A DNA stretch of 64,000 nucleotides from Polyangiales bacterium (lineage in GTDB: Bacteria > Myxococcota_A > Polyangia > Polyangiales > Polyangiaceae): contig JBBRLQ010000013.1 of assembly GCA_038231275.1 (NCBI GenBank), positions 163,737 to 227,736 of the forward strand. Reading direction: 5' to 3'. Under the pieces are notes generated by a model. That model did no database searches. It was not told the origin of the DNA and was given only the letters and a program-made list of their open reading frames with translations. Position numbers and translations under genes: made by a program. Each line of letters begins with the position of its first letter. Positions within the stretch are counted from its first letter, which is position 1. Of this stretch, positions 8,977 through 17,797 are shown in pieces.

Positions 8977-10077
8977 TCACGGGGGGAGCGTGATCCGGAA
9001 GGCCGCGCCCGGGAGATCGCTGCTGGCGACCCGGATGGTCCCCCCGTGGGCCTCGGCGATGCCGCGCGCGATGGCGAGGCCCAGGCCCGCGCCGCCCGCC
9101 GCGCGACCGCGGCTGCCCTGGCGGTAGCGATCGAAGATGGTCGGACGCTCGGCCTCCGCGATGCCGGGCCCGGTGTCGCTGACCTCGACGTACGCGCGCC
9201 CCTCCTCGAGGCCGGCGCTCAGCCTGACGCGCCCGCCCCGCGGCGTGAACTTCAGCGCGTTGGCGACGAGGTTGTCGACGGCCTGGCGGAGCTTCACCGC
9301 GTCGATCGTGATCGCTTGCTCGCGCGCGCCCTCGAAGGTGAGGGTGACGCGGCGGCGCGCGGCGATCGGGGCGAACGCCGCGAGCGTCGGATCGACGAGC
9401 ACGCCTACGGTCGTGGGGCGGGGCTCGACCGTGAAGACGCCGGCCTCGAGGCGGCTCGCCGCGAGCACGCCGTCGATGAGGCGCGCCATATCCTTGCATA
9501 ATGCACGTATCGTGGCGACGGACGAGCGGCGATCGTCGGCCGGGAGATCGTCGGAGTCGAGCAACTCGGCGACGAGGCCGAGCGACGAGAGCGGGTGCCG
9601 CAGATCGTGCACGAGCATCGCGATGTGATCGCGGCGCTGCGCGTCGAGCATGCGGCGCAGGCGGAACGTCTCGAGCGCGGCGCGGGTCCGTGCGAGGAGC
9701 TCGCGCGCGTCGATCGGCTTCGTCAGGTACGCGTCGGCGCCCTCACGCAACCCCTCCTCGATGGCCTGCGGCTCGCGTCGCGCGGCGGTGAGCATGATGA
9801 CCGCGGGACCGCCGCCGCGTCGCGCGCGGAGCCTTCGCAGCACTTCGTGGCCACCCATGCCCGGCATCGACACGTCGAGCAGCACCAGCTCCGGCTCTCG
9901 CTCGTCGACCGCCGCGAGGGCCTGTAGGCCGCCCGCCGCCGTGCGCACGCGATGTCCGTCCTCGCTGAGCAAAGCCTCGTAGAGCGCGAGCGCGTCGGGG
10001 AAGTCGTCGACGAGGAGCACGTCCCCCGCCGCCGGATCGACGTTGGAGAGGGACGGCGGCGCGGAGGGCGTGCTCAC
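8977..10077 (-). CDS. Hybrid response regulator / histidine kinase (REC-HisKA-HATPase)
   Basis: LLVDD, LLDVSMPGMGG, HDLRHPL, NLVANALKF, DTGPGI, GAGLGLAI. Confidence 0.9.
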   Translation of the reverse strand: MSTPSAPPSLSNVDPAAGDVLLVDDFPDALALYEALLSEDGHRVRTAAGGLQALAAVDEREPELVLLDVSMPGMGGHEVLRRLRARRGGGPAVIMLTAARREPQAIEEGLREGADAYLTKPIDARELLARTRAALETFRLRRMLDAQRRDHIAMLVHDLRHPLSSLGLVAELLDSDDLPADDRRSSVATIRALCKDMARLIDGVLAASRLEAGVFTVEPRPTTVGVLVDPTLAAFAPIAARRRVTLTFEGAREQAITIDAVKLRQAVDNLVANALKFTPRGGRVRLSAGLEEGRAYVEVSDTGPGIAEAERPTIFDRYRQGSRGRAAGGAGLGLAIARGIAEAHGGTIRVASSDLPGAAFRITLPP

Positions 10078-12200
10078 GACAAGGCCTTCTGCGACGGGCG
10101 CTCCGCCGCCTCGTCACGCACGGTGGGCGCGACGCGTGGCAGGACGAAGGTGAACGTCGAGCCCTCGTTCTCGAGCGAGCGCACTTCGATCTCCCCCCCG
10201 AGCGCGCGGGCGAGGCGACGCGAGAGCGCGAGGCCGACGCCGGTGCCCGCGTAGCGACGGCCGTCCCCGACGTCGAGCTGATGGAAGTCTTGGAAGAGCT
10301 CGTTCAACGCGCGCGCGGGGATGCCGACCCCGGTGTCGCGCACCGAGATCCGGATCTCGCCGGAGGTCGCCCGCATGGTGAGGACCACCTCACCTTTGTC
10401 GGTGAACTTGATCGCGTTCGCGAGCAAATTGAGCAGGATTTGCCGCACGCGCTGAGAGTCGGTCATCGACTCCACCGTCCCCTCCGGGACCTCGGCCACG
10501 AGGCGCAGGTCCTTGCCGCTCCGCAGGCTGTCCACCTCGGCGACGCACGCGCGCGCGAGCTGGCCGATGTTGACCGGCGCGAGGCGAACGTCGACGCGCC
10601 CCGCCTCGGCCTTCGCGAGATCGAGCACGTCGTTGATGAGCGACAGGAGATGCTCGCCGTTGCGCTTAATGCGTTCGAGCGACTCTCTCGCGCGCGGGCT
10701 CAAGTTCTCCTTGGGCGACGTCGCGAGCAGATCGGTGAATCCCAGGATCGCCGACAGCGGCGTGCGCAGCTCGTGGCTCATCGACGCGAGAAACTCCGTC
10801 TTCACCTTGTTGGCGCGGATCAGCGTCTCGCCCTGCTCGGTGAGCATGATGCTCTTCTCGCGCAAGCGATCATGCGTCCACGCGTTGTGGAGACCGACCG
10901 CGAGCTGCCGCGCCGCGTCGCGCACGAGATCGCCGCGCGCGGGTTCGAACGGATCGATGCCCGAGAGGAGAACGACGCCCGCCGCTTCGCCTCCGACGGC
11001 GACGGGCTGGGCGAGGATCCAGCGAAGATTCGTGCGCGCGAGCGTGAGGTCCACGGTCGGCGCCTCCCCGAGCGCCTCGCCCTCGACGAACATCGGCTCT
11101 CGGCGCTCCATGACGGTCCGGGCGAGGCCTTCCGGACTGAGCGTCGTATGCTCGAGCGCGCGTCCATCGGGCGTGACGGCGTGCACCGGGACGAGGCGAT
11201 CGGCGTCGTCGAGGAGGAAGATCACGCCGACCTGCGCGTTCGCGAGGCGCGCCAGGCCGAGGAGACCGGACGTCGCGAGCGCGTTGACGTCGAGCGTCTT
11301 CAGCTCGCGGACGAACTCGGCGTACGCGCGACCCGCGGCGTCACGCGACGCAAGCGCGGAGTTGGCGAGCGTGAGCTCGTCCAGAGCCCTCTCGCGATCC
11401 GCGAGCGTGCTGCGCAGGCTCGAGTCCTTTTCGAGCAGCAGCGACGCCATCTTCGCGAGGCTGCGACCGACGGCGCCGAGCTCGTCGCGTCGATCGGGGA
11501 GGATCGGCAACGGCTCGAGGCGACCGGTGGCGGCGAGGGCCTCCTCGAGCTGCGCGGCGGCGCCCGCGAGGTCGCGCGCGATCCAGATGCCGGTCATCAT
11601 GGCGATGACGATCGCCGCGATGAGCACGCCGGTGGTGACACGGCGCGACTCGCCGGCCGACTCGAACGCCTGTCGCTCACGCGCGTTCGCCGCGTCCAGC
11701 GCCTCGTTGCGGAGCTCGGCCAAAATTTGGCGCATCTCGTCGGTGCGCGCCTTGCCAGCCGCCGTCCGCTCGGCGTCGATCGCCTCGGTGCCGCCCGTCT
11801 GGCGCTGGCGGATCTGCGGCTCGCTCACCGTCGCGATCCAATCGCGGACGAGACGACCAAACGCGGCGACGCGCTCGTCCTCCTTTCCATTCTCGGCGGT
11901 GGCCTGGGCTTCGGCGAGGACCGACTCGAGATCGTGCCGCGCCTGCTCGTACGGCATCAGGAACGAGCGGTCGCCCGTGAGGAGGTAGCCGCGCTTGCCG
12001 GTCTCGAGATCGGCCATGAGGCGCAGCAGCACCTCGGCGCTGTCGGCGAGCTTCAAGTCGTGGGCGACGAGGCGCTCGAACTGGTGCTCGAGCTCCTGGT
12101 GCGACTTCTGCGCACGAAAGAGCCCGCCGCCGAGCACGCCCACCACGAGGAGGGAGCTCACCAGGATTCGCCAGAAGAGGGCGCTCGAGAGGAGGCGCAA
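10074..12200 (-). CDS. Membrane sensor histidine kinase (CHASE3-HAMP-GAF-HisKA-HATPase)
   Basis: DLETGKRGYLLTGD (CHASE3), RRDELG (HAMP), SHELRTPL, NAIKFT, GTGVGL. Overlaps the downstream gene by 4 nt. Confidence 0.9.
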   Translation of the reverse strand: MRLLSSALFWRILVSSLLVVGVLGGGLFRAQKSHQELEHQFERLVAHDLKLADSAEVLLRLMADLETGKRGYLLTGDRSFLMPYEQARHDLESVLAEAQATAENGKEDERVAAFGRLVRDWIATVSEPQIRQRQTGGTEAIDAERTAAGKARTDEMRQILAELRNEALDAANARERQAFESAGESRRVTTGVLIAAIVIAMMTGIWIARDLAGAAAQLEEALAATGRLEPLPILPDRRDELGAVGRSLAKMASLLLEKDSSLRSTLADRERALDELTLANSALASRDAAGRAYAEFVRELKTLDVNALATSGLLGLARLANAQVGVIFLLDDADRLVPVHAVTPDGRALEHTTLSPEGLARTVMERREPMFVEGEALGEAPTVDLTLARTNLRWILAQPVAVGGEAAGVVLLSGIDPFEPARGDLVRDAARQLAVGLHNAWTHDRLREKSIMLTEQGETLIRANKVKTEFLASMSHELRTPLSAILGFTDLLATSPKENLSPRARESLERIKRNGEHLLSLINDVLDLAKAEAGRVDVRLAPVNIGQLARACVAEVDSLRSGKDLRLVAEVPEGTVESMTDSQRVRQILLNLLANAIKFTDKGEVVLTMRATSGEIRISVRDTGVGIPARALNELFQDFHQLDVGDGRRYAGTGVGLALSRRLARALGGEIEVRSLENEGSTFTFVLPRVAPTVRDEAAERPSQKALS

Positions 12201-12289
12201 CGTACAAAGTGTAAGGCAAACCCCATGCGAACGCGAAAGGGCGCCGACGTTTGCGCGCTTTCCCCCTTTCCACCCCTACTTCAGCTACT

Positions 12290-13456
12290 TCAGCGCGCCG
12301 GACGCCCGATCCACGCCCCGAAGCAGGCCAGGCCCCAGAGAATCGGCGAGAAGGCGAGACCAAACACCAACGCGATCGGGGCCGCGAGCCCCAGCGCGAT
12401 CATGACGAGGAGCAAGGCGAGGGCACTGGCGAGGGCAGGCTCCAGCAACGTCGGCAGGCCCGACGCGCGAGCGATGAGGAAGCCGCTGAATGGAAACGCC
12501 AACAAGACGCCGGATCCGAGGAGGAGCACCGGCGCGGTCGTGGCGACGTCTCGCTCGTCGACGGCGGAAAAATCGAAGTTCAGCCAATGTCCGGCGGCGA
12601 TCGATCCGGCGAGCCCGGCGAGCATCGCCCCGATCGTGACGAACGCGCCGAGGACGATCCAGCGGATCATGATCGGCTGATCGGCGCGGCGAAGCGCGGC
12701 GCGCACGGTTCGCAAGCTCGGGGGCTGCGAGATGTAGAACGAGACACGCGAGAGGCGGGAGCCGCCGAGCTGGCGCGACGGACGCTCGGCGCGCTGCTGG
12801 AGATCGCTGCGCGCGAACCACGCGAGCGTCGCCATCCCCAGGAGCAGCGGGATCGCTCCGACGAGCGCGCCCGGCCCCCGCCCGTACACGAAGTGCTCGT
12901 AGAGACCGTGCGCGACCGTCGCGACGAGCCACGCGCCCCAGAAGATCGCGCCCGGCTGCTTGGCCTGCTTCGCGCGTCCGAGCGCGTAGCCCCACATCGT
13001 CGCGAAGAAGACGTGCGCCGGCAGCGCCATCAGCGCGCGCGCGTACCAGATCGCTCCGTACGGGTGATCATGGAGGACGACCGCGTTCTCGACACACGCG
13101 AAGCCGAGCGCCGCGACGCCGGAATAGACGACGCCGTCGTACGGCTCGTCGAAGTGCTTCGAGTTGAACGCGGGCCACACTGCGGCGACCTTCACCGCCT
13201 CGCGCATCGGCGCGACGAAGAAGAAGAGGAAGACGAGCGAGCCGGCGTTTCCCGCGGCGCTTACCCGCGCGTCGAGGCCCGTGAACGCCGCAGCCTTCCG
13301 CTCCAGGTACAGCGCGCCCCCCGCCACGAGCGCGGCGAAGAGAAACGTCCCGATGACGATGCGCGGCGGCTCGCGCTCTTTGTCGCTGCGGTATACGAGC
13401 CACGCCGCGATGACGGCCGGCACGACGGCCGGAAGGAGCCAGCGCAGCAGGAACAT
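12290..13456 (-). CDS. PrsW-family intramembrane metalloprotease-like protein with extra C-terminal TM region
   Basis: DKEREP, FDEPYDGVVY, LGFACVEN, PAH, HGLYE. The first motif reads REAVK instead of EExxK. Confidence 0.75.
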   Translation of the reverse strand: MFLLRWLLPAVVPAVIAAWLVYRSDKEREPPRIVIGTFLFAALVAGGALYLERKAAAFTGLDARVSAAGNAGSLVFLFFFVAPMREAVKVAAVWPAFNSKHFDEPYDGVVYSGVAALGFACVENAVVLHDHPYGAIWYARALMALPAHVFFATMWGYALGRAKQAKQPGAIFWGAWLVATVAHGLYEHFVYGRGPGALVGAIPLLLGMATLAWFARSDLQQRAERPSRQLGGSRLSRVSFYISQPPSLRTVRAALRRADQPIMIRWIVLGAFVTIGAMLAGLAGSIAAGHWLNFDFSAVDERDVATTAPVLLLGSGVLLAFPFSGFLIARASGLPTLLEPALASALALLLVMIALGLAAPIALVFGLAFSPILWGLACFGAWIGRPAR

Positions 13457-14259
13457 CAGAGGCCCAGGTGGAGCCCCAACCGCACGAATCCGCCCGCGCC
13501 GAAGCCCGCGCTGTTGCCGCTGTTCGCGTAGAGCGGCTGGTTCTTGATGGCGTCTTGCTGCGCGGTCGTCAGGCCCGCCGGCAGCGCGACGGGCGGCCGC
13601 TTCAAGAAGAGCGCCTCGCCCATCCCCGAGATGCCGATCGAGAAGAGCGACGACAGGTAATAGTCGAAGCCGAGATCGAGCCCCGCGTCGAACCCGTGCA
13701 CGGAGACGTCGCTCGCGGAGGACGAGGTCGCCGAGTCGAGCGACGATCCCGACAGCGAGCCGAGGAACGAGTAGCCGCCGTGCACGCCGATGTACGGATC
13801 GAATTTGCTCTCCGTGAAATGGAAGGCAACCTCGCCGTTCAGCTGCCACATGCTGAACGCGGAGAGCTGGTTCAGCTTCATGCGAACGCCCGCCGCGAAG
13901 ACGAGGAGGCGCACGCCCGCGCCGAGTCCGAACGCGGGGCCGACGCTGTTGGTCTTCTGGATGCCGAGGCTCGACGCGTTGAACGAGTCGAGGCTCACGT
14001 ACGACAGACCGAGGTCCGCGTTCGCGTAAAACAGCTCAAAATTGCGCCCGCTGTCCTTCTTCTCCGACTCGTCGAGCTGCGCCGTCGTGCTCTTGCCGTC
14101 CTCGTTGATGGGGCCGCCGGGCTTGTTCGGGGCACCCTGCGAATTCGGATCAATCGGCGGCGGCGGCGCGAGGTCCTGAGCGCGCGCTGTCGCAGCGAAC
14201 GTCGAGAGGGCGGCGACGGCGACGGCGGTCGGCAGGGCGTGGCGCAGGGCGTGGCGCAT
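13456..14259 (-). CDS. Outer-membrane beta-barrel protein (OmpA/OmpW-like)
   Basis: Signal peptide ending ARA-Q, alternating beta strands, DPYIG, C-terminal VRLGLHLGL. Confidence 0.65.
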   Translation of the reverse strand: MRHALRHALPTAVAVAALSTFAATARAQDLAPPPPIDPNSQGAPNKPGGPINEDGKSTTAQLDESEKKDSGRNFELFYANADLGLSYVSLDSFNASSLGIQKTNSVGPAFGLGAGVRLLVFAAGVRMKLNQLSAFSMWQLNGEVAFHFTESKFDPYIGVHGGYSFLGSLSGSSLDSATSSSASDVSVHGFDAGLDLGFDYYLSSLFSIGISGMGEALFLKRPPVALPAGLTTAQQDAIKNQPLYANSGNSAGFGAGGFVRLGLHLGL

Positions 14260-14465
14260 CAGTTCTCGAGCTCCTCGTTCGCGCTCCGTGCGGCGCGCGC
14301 GACGTCGAGGTCCTCCTCGTCGGGGACCTCGCCGGTCGGCACGCGGTACGTCTCGCTCAGCCAATTTCCGAGATCTACCTGCCGGCAGCGCGGCGAGCAA
14401 AAGGGAGAGGCGGGGTTATCGAGCCTGGGCAACGCGTTCTTCTTGCAAATGGGGCACGCAGCCAT
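14259..14465 (-). CDS. yacG: DNA gyrase inhibitor YacG
   Basis: CPICKK...[23 protein letters not shown]. Confidence 0.92.
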   Translation of the reverse strand: MAACPICKKNALPRLDNPASPFCSPRCRQVDLGNWLSETYRVPTGEVPDEEDLDVARAARSANEELEN

Positions 14466-14524
14466 CGCCCCTATTTTCTAGCACAGCTAGGAGCTGATCG
14501 CGTCGGTGCGCCCGCCCGTGGGTT

Positions 14525-16894
14525 TTACTCCGCGGCCTGGACGTCCGGCTGCTTCTCGTCGGGCGAAGGCGGCGCGGGCGGGGGCGGCTCCTCCGGAGGC
14601 GTCGCGGCCGGTGCGACCACGATCTCTTCGCACGAGCGCTCGAGGATTTCCGCCACGTCGAGCTGGTGGATCTTCTCCTCGAGGTTTTGGCTCTTGAGCC
14701 CGTCGGTGAGCATCTGCACGCAGAAGGGGCAGCCCGACGCGATCGTCTTCTCGCCCGGCGCGCCGCCGCCATGGACCGCGTCGACGAGCTGCAGCGTGCG
14801 CTTCACGTTCACGCGGTTCTGGTTCTGCTCTTCCATCCACATCTGCGCGCCGCCGGCACCGCAGCAGAGGCCGCGCTGCTTGTTCCAGTACTCGGCCTCG
14901 ACGAGCTCGACGCCCGGGATGCGCTTCAAGATCTCGCGCGGTGACTCGTACACGCCGTTGTAGCGGCCGAGGTAGCAGCTGTCGTGGTAGACAACGCGCC
15001 CCGGCGCTGGCTTCGTGGGGTGGAGCTTCCCCTCGGCGAGGAGGCCGAGAAGAAAATCCGTGTGGTGCACGACCTCGAGGGTCACTCCAAAGTCGGGGTA
15101 CTCGTTCTTCAGCGTGTTGAAGCAGTGCGGGCAGGCCGTGACGACCTTCTTCATCCCGCCCTTCTCTTTGTACTGGTTCAATACCGCCGCGTTGCCCTCG
15201 GCGAGCTGCGCGAAGAGGATCTCGTGCCCGGCGCGGCGCGCAGGATCACCGGTGCAGTTCTCTTCTCGTCCCAGGATCGCGAAATCGACCTTCGCCATCT
15301 TGAGCAGCTTGGCCGTCGCGCGCGCGATCTTCTTCGCGCGATCGTCGTAGCTCGCGGCGCAGCCAACCCAATAGAGGACCTCGGCCTCCGGCTTGTCGGC
15401 GAACATCGGAATCTCGAGCCCGTCCGACCACGCCGCGCGGTCGATGCGCGAGAGATTCCAGGGGTTGCCGTTCACCTCGATGGCCTGGAAGGTGCGATTG
15501 AGCTCCGACGGGAACTCGTTTTTCACCATCACGAGGTTTCGCCGCATGCCGACGATCTTGTCGACGTACGAGATCATCACCGGGCACTGCTCCTCGCAGG
15601 CGCGGCAGGTGGTGCAGGCCCAGAGGACGTCGGGGTGAACGATGTTCGAGACGAGATCGATCGTCGCGTAGTGGGCATGCGCGGGCTCGGCTGCCGACGC
15701 CGACGCCGACCCCGACGCCGACCCCGACGCCGACCCCGACGCCGACGCCGACTCCGACTCCGGTGCCGACGCCGGCTTCTCCTGCTTCGCCTCCTCGTGC
15801 TCGATGAGCTCCCCCTCGTGCTCGTAGAGGTGATCCCTCATCGACAGGAGGTAGTGCTTCGGGCTGAGGATCTTCCCCGTGCGGTGCGCAGGACAATTGT
15901 CCGAGCAGCGCCCGCACTCGGTGCACGTGTAGAAATCGAGCAGCGCCTTCCACGTGAAGTGATCGACCTTCGCCACGCCGAAGGGCGCGCGCGTCGGCTC
16001 CGGCAGCTCCGCCACAGCGCCAAACTGCTCCATCAGCTTCTCGAGGTTCTCCGCCATCGGCTTGAGGCGGCCCGGCGGCTCGAGGCTGCGGAAGAACACG
16101 TTCGGGATCGCGGTGATGACGTGAAAGTGCTTCGAGTGCGGGAGCAGGTTCAAGAACAAGAGGACGAGCGCCGAGTGCGTCCAGAAGCCGATGTGTGCGA
16201 GCGCGATGAGCCAGCCGGCCGAAAGGTTCTTGAAGAGAACCGCGAACGCCGAGCCGGTCGGCGACGGGAACGCGCTCCACACGGGCTCGTGAACCTCTGT
16301 TCCGAGCGGGGCCACGATCGTGTCGATCATCGCGCACTGGTGCGGCGAGGCAGGACCGCCCGCCGCGCAGAACGTCCCCTTCTGGAACGCGAGGACGATC
16401 GACGCGCCGTCGTAGGCCATGTCGGCGACCATCATCGTGCCGATGATGCAGAGGATGAGGAGACCCTCGCCGGACAGCGTCATCCGGCGCTCTTTGCGGA
16501 TCGCGCGGTAGTAGATGAAGACGAGGACGCCCGCGAGGACCAGGAATCCGATGACGTCCTTCGCGAACTCGTACACCTTGCCGAGCGGCATGGACGGTCC
16601 GAGGATGAACAGGTTCCACGCCGGGTAAAATCCGCGGCCCCACAGGATGAGCGTGCGGAACAAGAGGAGGAGGAAGCCCGTGAAGATGAGCTTGTGGGCG
16701 ATCCCGGCCGGTTGGTAGTAGTCCATCCGCTCCTGGGCGAACGCGTACCGCCAGACGCCGCCGAGGCGCTTCCAGATGTGGTCGAAGCGTCCTTCGCCGA
16801 GGCCGATCTTGAGGAGCTGCCAGCGGCGGTTCGCCGACCAGAGGAACATCGCGTGGGCGCCCACGATGAGGGCCAGCATCACCGTGGGGTTCAT
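14525..16894 (-). CDS. Membrane Fe-S oxidoreductase (FadF / heterodisulfide reductase-related; two 4Fe-4S motifs and two CCG domains)
   Basis: N-terminal TM region, CTECGRCSDNCP, CTTCRACEEQCP, YWVGC, TACPHC, YHDSC, CCGAGG, GCPFC. Confidence 0.88.
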   Translation of the reverse strand: MNPTVMLALIVGAHAMFLWSANRRWQLLKIGLGEGRFDHIWKRLGGVWRYAFAQERMDYYQPAGIAHKLIFTGFLLLLFRTLILWGRGFYPAWNLFILGPSMPLGKVYEFAKDVIGFLVLAGVLVFIYYRAIRKERRMTLSGEGLLILCIIGTMMVADMAYDGASIVLAFQKGTFCAAGGPASPHQCAMIDTIVAPLGTEVHEPVWSAFPSPTGSAFAVLFKNLSAGWLIALAHIGFWTHSALVLLFLNLLPHSKHFHVITAIPNVFFRSLEPPGRLKPMAENLEKLMEQFGAVAELPEPTRAPFGVAKVDHFTWKALLDFYTCTECGRCSDNCPAHRTGKILSPKHYLLSMRDHLYEHEGELIEHEEAKQEKPASAPESESASASGSASGSASGSASASAAEPAHAHYATIDLVSNIVHPDVLWACTTCRACEEQCPVMISYVDKIVGMRRNLVMVKNEFPSELNRTFQAIEVNGNPWNLSRIDRAAWSDGLEIPMFADKPEAEVLYWVGCAASYDDRAKKIARATAKLLKMAKVDFAILGREENCTGDPARRAGHEILFAQLAEGNAAVLNQYKEKGGMKKVVTACPHCFNTLKNEYPDFGVTLEVVHHTDFLLGLLAEGKLHPTKPAPGRVVYHDSCYLGRYNGVYESPREILKRIPGVELVEAEYWNKQRGLCCGAGGAQMWMEEQNQNRVNVKRTLQLVDAVHGGGAPGEKTIASGCPFCVQMLTDGLKSQNLEEKIHQLDVAEILERSCEEIVVAPAATPPEEPPPPAPPSPDEKQPDVQAAE

Positions 16895-16959
16895 GCGCTC
16901 TCCGGGTTCATTCTGAACCGCGTTCCATATAGGGTACACGTGAGGCGCGTCAACCAAGC

Positions 16960-17727
16960 ATGATCGGCCGGAGATCCTTCGTTCGTACGCTCCTCGCCGC
17001 GCCGCTCGTCGGCTGTGCGGTGACGCCTCTTCAGTCCGCACCGCGAACGGTCCCGCTTCCGCCGGGGCGGCGCCTCAAAGTCCTGTGCGTCGGCGCGCAC
17101 CCCGACGATCCCGAGAGCGGCTGCGGAGGCACGCTTTCGCGGTACGCGGAGGCCGGGCACGACGTGGCCCTCCTCTATTTGACGGGCGGCGAGAGGGGCG
17201 TCGCCGGCAAGACCTCCGAGGAGTCCGCGCGCACGCGCATGGCCGAGGCGCGCGACGCGTGCGCGATCCTCGGGGCCAAGGCCATCTTCGCCGGGCAAGT
17301 GAGCGGCGACGTGCAGGTCACGCAGGCGCGCACCGACGAATTCCGGAGGATCTTCGACGGCGAGAAGGCGGACGTCGTCTTCGGTCATTGGCCGCTCGAC
17401 ACCGAGTGGGAGCACCAAGCCGCCGCGATCCTCACCCTCCGCGCCTACCTCGCGACGCCGCGCGCGGTCCCCCTCTACCTCTACGAGGTGCAGAGCGGCG
17501 CGCAGACGCTCGGCTTCGCGCCGACTGCGTACGTCGACATCTCGAAGACGCGCGAGAAGAAGACCCAGGCCCTCCGCGCCCACAAGAGCCAGAGCTTCGA
17601 GCGTCTCTACGAGGAGCACCACGAGAAGATCGAAGCGTTCCGCGGGCGCGAGCTCGGCGTCTTCGCCGCGGAGGCGTTCGCAACCCTTGGACCTGACGCA
17701 ACGTCCGGCGCGTTACCAGGGATTTGA
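16960..17727 (+). CDS. PIG-L family deacetylase, predicted Tat-exported lipoprotein
   Basis: GRRSF twin-arginine motif plus LVGC lipobox; GAHPDDPE, LTGGE, HKSQ. Confidence 0.82.
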   Translation: MIGRRSFVRTLLAAPLVGCAVTPLQSAPRTVPLPPGRRLKVLCVGAHPDDPESGCGGTLSRYAEAGHDVALLYLTGGERGVAGKTSEESARTRMAEARDACAILGAKAIFAGQVSGDVQVTQARTDEFRRIFDGEKADVVFGHWPLDTEWEHQAAAILTLRAYLATPRAVPLYLYEVQSGAQTLGFAPTAYVDISKTREKKTQALRAHKSQSFERLYEEHHEKIEAFRGRELGVFAAEAFATLGPDATSGALPGI

Positions 17728-17797
17728 CCATGAAAAGTGGCGGGCAGCCCCTGGACTTCGTGCTACCGAGAGGACCTCAAATCCCTCGAGGTGCGAT

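Noticed and set aside
10281..12680. Long antisense and alternate-frame ORFs (e.g. 10281-12680, 14984-16963, 17996-20011, 29956-32121, 34514-37258)
   Set aside because: Shadow ORFs of high-GC coding strands; Arg/Ala-rich with no family motifs, opposite well-supported genes.
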